Shown piece after piece: positions 55,191 to 64,000 of a stretch of DNA of 64,000 nucleotides (positions are counted from its first letter, which is position 1; every line of letters starts with the position of its first letter). The stretch spans positions 14,136,001 to 14,200,000 of the forward strand of contig OZ059897.1 of assembly GCA_964057225.1 (NCBI GenBank), read 5' to 3'. Source of the DNA: Auanema rhodensis (Eukaryota > Animalia > Nematoda). The notes beneath the pieces are model-generated. The model ran no database searches and was not told the origin of the DNA. It was given only the letters and a program-made list of their open reading frames with translations. The position numbers and the translations under genes were made by a program.

Positions 55191-55969
55191 AAATATGAGA
55201 CGGATATTAATCTGGAAGCTCGAAGTCTAATTAAGAAATATGATATTAATAAGATCAAACAGATAAAAAGTATGTTGAAAAATTCTCAAAGATGTAAAAA
55301 ATAATTAATGCTTAATGTGAGATGCAAATATATTGTTTTTGAAAGAATATAGGAGATAAATATTTAAACTCTGTAATATTTACAATAATACAAAGTCATG
55401 CGTTTACACATATTGTCTAGAATCAGTACAACAAATTCTAAAGAAATACAAATTTCTTTCTCTTTGTTACTCTTTCTTTTTTATTTTGGTATCAGCTTTT
55501 ATAATTTATATTAATTATACAAAAATTTTTTATATTTTGCAAAAATCAAATATGCCAATACTCTTATATTTTTTGAAAATAAAACAATATCAAATCAGGT
55601 TTATAAAACTTTATTCCCGTACGTAGCTTCATGTCCATTATGCAAATTGCACGTGAACTAATTTTCTCTTAAATGCTTCGACTTGAATTGAATAAGATTG
55701 TCAATGTGAACAGAACAAACTGTTAAAAACTATTTTACCCAATAATTCAATTCAAAACAATTAATAAAATAAAAATAATGTTTAGATATGAAATATTCAT
55801 TTATCACTAATTGTTATAAACTATAAATTAATTCCAGCTATTCTATGAAAGATCAACAACAAATCTTTCTTAACAAATGGAAAAAATGTATTTTATTATT
55901 TTTTTAAATAAAAAACATAAAAACATTGAAAAAACAATTTGCTATGAATTCTTAAAAATTTTAGTGTAG

Positions 55970-57078
55970 TTATCGTCTAGGAATTTTGAAAATAGCTTTT
56001 CGGTAAGATGGTACTGTGTATAAAGTTATCATAGGCCCACACACAAAATATAAACACAGCATGAGAACCATAAAATTTTGAAGTTCTACAATAATTGTAA
56101 ACTTTAATAATTAAGCTTATTTACCTTTTATATTAACACCTAATATTGGAAGTAGGCAGAAGGTAAAGGCAAAAGGAGTTGCCAATACCAAAACAAATGC
56201 CTGAATTCTATCTTATAAGGAATTATATTTTCAAAATACCTGAATGAAATTAATTTTAAGAAGCAGTTTATGTGTTTTCAAAGTTTGTTGAGACATATTT
56301 TTTTTCATTTCTTTGAAGTTAATATACGTAAAGACCCCTATTGCACAAATTTCAATCACAAACCAAGTGATAATAATCAGATTTGTTAAAAAAAAAATTA
56401 TAACAAATATTCCAGATTTAGGGAAAATTATAACTATACTTTCTTCTTGTAAAACATCTATGGGATCACCTTGATATATCTGAAAATACATTAGAGTTCA
56501 TCTAATCACTAATCTAAACCTCTAAGCACTCCCATTTAACTTCTTCTATATTCTCGAATTCTGCAGTTACAAAAAGAGTCACAGGGACCAGACAATATTT
56601 AAAAAAACACATTGGATATATAACATATTTCAATATCTTTCGTGATCTTAACTGCAATGCTTGATATCGTAGATAGAACATCATTATTGTTAATCCACCG
56701 TAATCTTAACATATATTGAATAATAGTTTATTTTACATATAAACTCACAGTACATCAAATTAAAAATTAATAACGCTATGCTTACAGCTGAAACATGAAA
56801 ATAAGGTAGAAATCCTATAAAGTATGCTCCAAAACATGGTGCTAACAACACTGGTATACCACCACAAGATAGACAAAGGGAAAATAGTAAGCCACTTGAA
56901 AGAAACATTGAAACAAATCTTTTTGATTAGAAACCTACGCACAACATTGAAGAAATAAATAGCATCTATATTCTTTGCCCATCTGAGAAGGAGAGTGAAA
57001 TAAAATAGAGAAGAAGGTTAAGCATAGACAAACTAATGATATTGGAGCAGCGATATGCAACAGTAGTAGATAAACCAT
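55970..57078 (-). CDS. 7TM chemoreceptor-like gene, copy A2, intact
   Basis: Same 1109-bp span and exon structure as A1 with a few substitutions. Confidence 0.8.
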
Positions 57079-58029
57079 AACCTTAGATTGGAAGTAATAA
57101 GCAGGATGTATGTTATCTGTTCACTGTATGCATTCGAATTCATTCGAAATCTCAGTGAGTTTGCTCGAGCAAATCTACAATGAAAGCTCGAAGACTAATT
57201 GGAAAATAAAATGTTAATAAGATCAAACTGAAAAAGTATGTTGAACAATTCTAAAACAAAATATAAAAAATAATTTTCAATTTTTTTTCATTTTTCAATC
57301 CAAATCTTTAGATATGAAATATTCATTTATCACTAATTGTTATAAACTATAAATTAATTCCAGCAATTCTATGAAAGATCAACAACAAATCTTTCTTAAC
57401 AAATGGAAAAAATGTATTTTATTATTTTTTAAAATAAAAAACATAAAAACATTGAAAAAACAATTTGCTATGAATTCTTAAAAATTTTAGTGTAGTTAAC
57501 GTCTAGGAATTTTGAAAAAAGCTTTGTTACTCTTTCTTTTTGATTTTGGTATCAGCTTTTATAATTTATATTAATTATACAAAAATTTTTTATATTTTGC
57601 GAAAATCAAATATGCCAATACTCTTATATTTTTTGAAAATAAAACAATATCAAATCAGGTTTATAAAACTTTATTCCCGTACGTAGCTTCATGTCCATTA
57701 TGCAAATTGCACGTGAACTAATTTTCTCTTAAATGCTTCGACTTGAATTGAATAAGATTGTCAATGTGAACAGAACAAACTGTTAAAAACTATTTTACCC
57801 AATAATTCAATTCAAAACAATTAATAAAATAAAAATAATGTTTAGATATGAAATATTCATTTATCACTAATTGTTATAAACTATAAATTAATTCCAGCTA
57901 TTCTATGAAAGATCAACAACAAATCTTTCTTAACAAATGGAAAAAATGTATTTTATTATTTTTTTAAATAAAAAACATAAAAACATTGAAAAAAAAATTT
58001 GCTATGAATTCTTACAAATTTTAGTGTAG

Positions 58030-58733
58030 TTATCGTCTAGGAATTTTGAAAATAGCTTTTCGGTAAGATGGTACTGTGTATAAAGTTATCATAGGCCCAC
58101 ACACAAAATATAAACACAGCATGAGAACCATAAAATTTTGAAGTTCTACAATAATTGTAAACTTTAATAATTAAGCTTATTTACCTTTTATATTAACACC
58201 TAATATTGGAAGTAGGCAGAAGGTAAAGGCAAAAGGAGTTGCCAATACCAAAACAAATGCCTGAATTCTATCTTATAAGGAATTATATTTTCAAAATACC
58301 TGAATAAAATTAATTTTAAGAAGCAGTTTATGTGTTTTCAAAGTTTGTTGAGACATATTTTTTTTCATTTCTTTGAAGTTAATATACGTAAAGACCCACT
58401 CACAGTACATCAAATTAAAAATTAATAACGCTATGCTTACAGCTGAAACATGAAAATAAGGTAGAAATCCTATAAAGTATGCTCCAAAACATGGTGCTAA
58501 CAACACTGGTATACCACCACAAGATAGACAAAGGGAAAATAGTAAGCCACTTGAAAGAAACATTGAAACAAATCTTTTTGATTAGAAACCTACGCACAAC
58601 ATTGAAGAAATAAATAGCATCTATATTCTTTGCCCATCTGAGAAGGAGAGTGAAATAAAATAGAGAAGAAGGTTAAGCATAGACAAACTAATGATATTGG
58701 AGCAGCGATATGCAACAGTAGTAGATAAACCAT
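58030..58733 (-). pseudogene. Chemoreceptor copy A3 with 405-bp internal deletion
   Basis: Junction aagaccc|actcacag at about 58397 removes exon 3 and most of exon 4; ORF reads LMYCEWVFTYINF. Confidence 0.8.
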
Positions 58734-60141
58734 AACCTTAGATTGGAAGTAATAAGCAGGATGTATGTTATCTGTTCACTGTATGCATTCGAATTCATTC
58801 GAAATCTCAGTGAGTTTGCTCGAGCAAATCTACAATGAAAGCTCGAAGACTAATTGGAAAATAAAATGTTAATAAGATCAAACTGAAAAAGTATGTTGAA
58901 CAATTCTAAAACAAAATATAAAAAATAATTTTCAAATTTTTTTCATTTTTCAATCCAAATCTTTAGATATGAAATATTCATTTATCACTAATTGTTATAA
59001 ACTATAAATTAATTCCAGCAATTCTATGAAAATCTTTTTGATTAGAAACCTACGCACAACATTGAAGAAATAAATAGCATCTATATTCTTTGTCCATCTG
59101 AGAAGGAGAGTGAAATTATAACTATATTTTCTTCCTGTAAAACATCCATGGGATCACCGAACAATTCTCAAAGATGTAAAAAATAATTAATGCTTAATGT
59201 GAGATGCAAATATATTGTTTTTGAAAGAATATAGGAGATAAATATTTAAACTCTGTAATATTTACAATAATACAAAATCATGCGTTTACACATATTGTGC
59301 AGAATCAGTACAACAAATTCTAAAGAAATACAAATTTCTTTCACTTTGTTACTCTTTCTTTTTTATTTTGGTATCAGCTTTTATAATTTATATTAATTAT
59401 ACAAAAATTTTTTATATTTTGCAAAAATCAAATATGCCAATACTCTTATATTTTTTGAAAATAAAACAATATCAAATCAGGTTTATAAAACTTTATTCCC
59501 GTACGTAGCTTCATGTCCATTATGCAAATTGCACGTGAACTAATTTTCTCTTAAATGACAAACCAATTCCTTGAATTAAATTTATTTTAACTATGAGAAT
59601 ACTGACGGTTCTTGAGAATATGAGTAAAAACCGTACAAGCTTTCTTTCGAAATTTTTATTACTTAAGTACTTTATTTTGTGATATTTCGTTAAAGTTTAC
59701 TCATTATGATAATGTTACTGAAGAGGATTTAGAATTTTTTGATAGAAATCTTAACTGGAACTATTGGCAGCCCTTATGTATATTTGAACAAAAAATATTT
59801 GTACTTATGTTTTATGAAATAAATTCATACTTATCGAACTTTGAGAATTTGATCAGATGAATTCAAAAGAAAATTTAACACGAAATATATAAACATCATT
59901 TGATTTTCACCTACAGGAATTGAAAAGTCATCGATTTTAGTATAGAACATTATACATACGCTTGATTAATATTAACATTTTGATCTGGTCTTTCATATGC
60001 ATATTTGAAGGTAATTTCATATAAAACTCAAGTAGTTGATTGCTACATGTTATGTTAAGATCATTATCTAATATAAGGCGTGAATCTTTGGTTTGCTTCT
60101 TATAATTGCCTTTATTTTATTTGTTTCAGTGCCTTAGTTAT

Positions 60142-61270
60142 ATGATATACGTTATATACCAGCTTCTGCTTTATATTCATAGTCCAATAGCTTTAATTTG
60201 CTTATTTCTTGTATGGTATTGTACTCTATATCATGCTCCATCACATATGGGACAAGAATACAGATTCTTCTTATGCTTTCAATGCTCTTTGTAAGTTATT
60301 CCTTATTTTTACAACAATTAATGAAACATTGTTTTAAGTGGCTTGTTTTTTGCTTTTATTGTCTCTAGTGGTCTTCATCCGATATTTTTAGCTCCTTGTT
60401 TCGGAGTATATATGGCCGGGTTTTTAAAATATTTTGATTTGTATGCGCTGACCGTAGCGCTATTCGTTTTTTCTTTAGTCAATTGTAAGATAATAAAGAA
60501 TAATGAACAATATTTGAAGAATTATTAAGATTATGGTGGATTAACACTAATGATGTTCTATCTACGATATGAAGCGTTGCAGTTAAGATCACGAATTATA
60601 ATGAAATATGTTTTATACGGAATATCATTTGCCGTTTATTTTGTGGTACCTTGTATTCTTTTCATCATAACAAAGCTTGAAAATGTAGAAGAAGTAAATA
60701 ATGATTGCTTAATGGTCTGTTTTTGTAATTAGCCATATCACAATGAATATTCAGATATATAAAGGTGATCCCATGGATATTTTGAAGAAAGAAAGTATAG
60801 TTGTATCATACACCAATTCAGGAATATATGTAGAGTCTTATCTTTATATATGTATAGTGTGTCTTATACTCTTTCTAATTATTCTTTCTATAATATTAAT
60901 GTTTATGTGGAAAAGCTTTAACGATCTAAAAAACACGATGTCTCAACAAGCGCTAAGCACACATAAACTATTTTTGAAAGTTAATTTTATTCAGGTTTCA
61001 ATTGATTCTTATTCAGTTTTCGTAATTAAACTTATAGACTTGTACATTGGTTATATTCGCTTCATTGAGCTTAGTATTCCTAGTGTTGCCATATTTTAAT
61101 TTTATTGTGATAGGTAACACACGAAATATTGACAAATATTGTTTTCTTTTCCTTTCAGAAATTCAAAATACTATTGTTATATTGCCTTGACGTAGTCTTT
61201 ACATGTGAACCGATGTATGTGATATATACAGTTCCTTCTTATAGATCAACAATCTTATGTCAGGTTTATA
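60142..61270 (+). pseudogene. Chemoreceptor copy C1, chimeric, truncated before TM7
   Basis: Exons 1-3 match C2 and exons 4-6 match B; a 1-nt insertion gives TGA at 61188-61190. Confidence 0.7.
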
Positions 61271-61924
61271 ACATTTTATTCTCGTACGTAGGTTCACGTC
61301 CATTATGCAAATTGCACGTGAACTAATTTTCTCTTAAATGACAAACCAATTCCTTGAATTAAATTTATTTTAACTATGAGAATACTGACGGTTCTTGAGA
61401 ATATGAGTAAAAACCGTACAAGCTTTCTTTCGAAATTTTTATTACTTAAGTACTTTATTTTGTGATATTTCGTTAAAGTTTACTCATTATGATAATGTTA
61501 CTGAAGAGGATTTAGAATTTTTTGATAGAAATCTTAACTGGAACTATTGGCAGCCCTTATGTATATTTGAACAAAAAATATTTGTACTTATGTTTTATGA
61601 AATAAATTCATACTTATCGAACTTTGAGAATTTGATCAGATGAATTCAAAAGAAAATTTAACACGAAATATATAAACATCATTTGATTTTCACCTACAGG
61701 AATTGAAAAGTCATCGATTTTAGTATAGAACATTATACATACGCTTGATTAATATTAACATTTTGATCTGGTCTTTCATATGCATATTTGAAGGTAATTT
61801 CATATAAAACTCAAGTAGTTGATTGCTACATGTTATGTTAAGATCATTATCTAATATAAGGCGTGAATCTTTGATTTGCTTCATATACTTGCCTTTATTT
61901 TATTTGTTTCAGTGCCTTAGTTAT

Positions 61925-63078
61925 ATGATATACGTTATATACCAGCTTCTGCTTTATATTCATAGTCCAATAGCTTTAATTTGCTTATTTCTTGTATGGT
62001 ATTGTACTCTATATCATGCTCCATCACATATGGGACAAGAATACAGATTCTTCTTATGCTTTCAATGCTCTTTGTAAGTTATTCCTTATTTTTACAACAA
62101 TTAATGAAACATTGTTTGAAGTGGCTTGTTTTTTGCTTTTATTGTCTCTAGTGGTCTTCATCCGATATTTTTAGCTCCTTGTTTCGGAGTATATATGGCC
62201 GGGTTTTTAAAATATTTTGATTTGTATGCGCTGACCGTAGCGCTATTCGTTTTTTCTTTAGTCAATTGTAAGATAATAAAGAATAATGAACAATATTTGA
62301 AGAATTATTAAGATTATGGTGGATTAACACTAATGATGTTCTATCTACGATATGAAGCGTTGCAGTTAAGATCACGAATTATAATGAAATATGTTTTATA
62401 CGGAATATCATTTGCCGTTTATTTTGTGGTACCTTGTATTCTTTTCATCATAACAAAGCTTGAAAATGTAGAAGAAGTAAATAATGATTGCTTAATGGTC
62501 TGTTTTTGTAATTAGCCATTTCACAATGAATATTCAGATATATAAAGGTGATCCCATGGATATTTTGAAGAAAGAAAGTATAGTTGTATCATACACCAAT
62601 TCAGGAATATACGTAACTACTTGTCTTTATATGTGTATATTCAGTCTTATACTCTTTCTAATTATTCTTTCTATAATATTAATGTTTATGTGGAAAAGAT
62701 TTAACGATCTAAAAAACACGATGTCTCAACAAGCGCTAAGCACACATAAACTATTTTTGAAAGTTAATTTTATTCAGGTTTCAATTGATTCTTATTCAGT
62801 TTTCGTAATTAAACTTATAGACTTGTACATTGGTTACAATTGCTTCATTGGGCTTAGTATTCCTAGTGTTGCCATATTTCAATATCATTGTAATAGGTAA
62901 CACACGAAATATTGACAAATATTGTTTTCTTTCCCTTTCAGAAATTCAAAATACTACTGCTGTATTGCTTTGCGTAATCTTCATAAGTGGACCAATGTAT
63001 GCGATATATACAGTTCCTTCTTATAGAACAGGAATTCTCCATATTTTTAAAACAAACAATATCAAATCAGGTTTATAA
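61925..63078 (+). CDS. 7TM chemoreceptor-like gene, copy C2, intact
   Basis: MIYVIYQLLLYIHSPIALICL...YHAPSHMGQEYRFFL...FYLRYEAL...MSQQALSTHKLFL...GPMYAIYTVPSYRTGILHIF; ATG follows a tttcag acceptor. Confidence 0.8.
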
Positions 63079-64000
63079 CATTTTATTCTCGTACGTAGGT
63101 TCACGTCCATTATGCAAATTGCACGTGAACTAATTTTCTCTTAAATGTGCAAACCAAGCTATTGCTATCAATCTGCGCAAGCTGATTTCATATTTCAAGC
63201 TCAACGATTTTTGAACTCCTCATATCAACTATTAATTGAAATTCTTCGAATGACTTTAATAAAACAATTTCAGGGTAGTGACGGTTCTTGAGAAAATGAG
63301 TAAAAACCGTACAAGCTTTCATTGAATTCGTTATATAAGAATTGTTCAATTATCTTCCTGATCTTACTCTTTTATATTTTTCACCAGGCCTCTCAGAATC
63401 ACTCAGATTATCAGGCATATAAGCTGTGTACAAAAGTTGTGTACTTTTTAAATAACAGTGTAATCTAAATTAGTTAAAAGTCAATAACTTATAGAATTAT
63501 TTTATTCCAATATTGGAGAATATTACAAAAGGTCTGAGGAGTGTTTAATTGACCTTTCAATTTACTTTCAGTGTTTTTTGGTTCAAAGAAGATATTCATC
63601 CACTCCAAAATTGATACACTATTTAGTCAAATAATTATTTCTTAATATGCTTGATTTCTACATTTCATTAATAAAATAAAAATATACATACTGGTTAAGA
63701 AAATAAAAAATTTTCATAATCAAAGTAGTATTAAAGTTATTAAAAGAAATCAAGAATGTTGGAATTTTTATTAAATGGTTAAACTATTTTTCTAATCAGT
63801 TAATGTAGTAGTTATGTAAACAGCTGACTTTTGACATTTAAATGTTTTATGTAGTAAAGGGAATAAAGAATTATAAGCGATATGATTTAGGTTAGTATAA
63901 GAATAATAATCATAACTTCATGGCAATACTTAGAAAGTTAAATGCTGATTCAACAGGGTTACGTTCAGAGAATGAATGCATTAAATGTTTTGAAAAGCGA

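Larger units (their letters stand above)
51325..57275. repeat. ~1.47-kb near-identical inverted repeat (51325-52792 and 55807-57275)
   Basis: Gene A1 and its flanks are the reverse complement of gene A2 and its flanks, with few substitutions. Confidence 0.92.
55480..59030. repeat. Tandem direct duplication, offset 2060 bp, carrying A2 and A3
   Basis: 55480-56340 recurs at about 57520-58397; stop codons at 55970 and 58030. Confidence 0.88.
59508..63146. repeat. Tandem direct duplication with 1783-bp unit (C1, C2)
   Basis: Identical ORFs offset by 1783 (60343/62126, 60550/62333, 60743/62526). Confidence 0.92.

Overview
Very AT-rich eukaryotic DNA, most likely from a rhabditid (clade V) nematode. 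This rests on many 42-55 nt introns, TTTCAG/TTTTAG acceptors just upstream of start codons, a nematode-type GAPDH insert and nematode gene families. The first ~30 kb is gene-poor and holds a DMSR/Srw-type neuropeptide GPCR (+) and a NAB-family cofactor, the mab-10 ortholog (-), with a long upstream region. The 30-50 kb block is gene-dense: an SLC22 organic cation transporter (+), a Lipase_2/lips lipase (-), a pyrimidine 5'-nucleotidase (+), GAPDH (+) and an SLC26 sulfate permease (-). The last ~13 kb is a recently rearranged cluster of 7TM chemoreceptor-like genes (intact, chimeric, deleted and pseudogene copies) in nested inverted and direct repeats, with Merlin/IS1595-like transposon remnants at breakpoints. 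The best candidate for something new is a pair of perfect tri-loop hairpins matching the LIN-41/TRIM71 response element in the predicted 5'UTR of the mab-10 ortholog; C. elegans mab-10 is reported to be bound through its 3'UTR. Other points of interest are a GC-AG intron with a poison alternative acceptor in GAPDH, frequent AAG splice acceptors and uORF-bearing non-coding exons. All exon structures were assembled by eye, and coordinates of gene ends and repeats are approximate.
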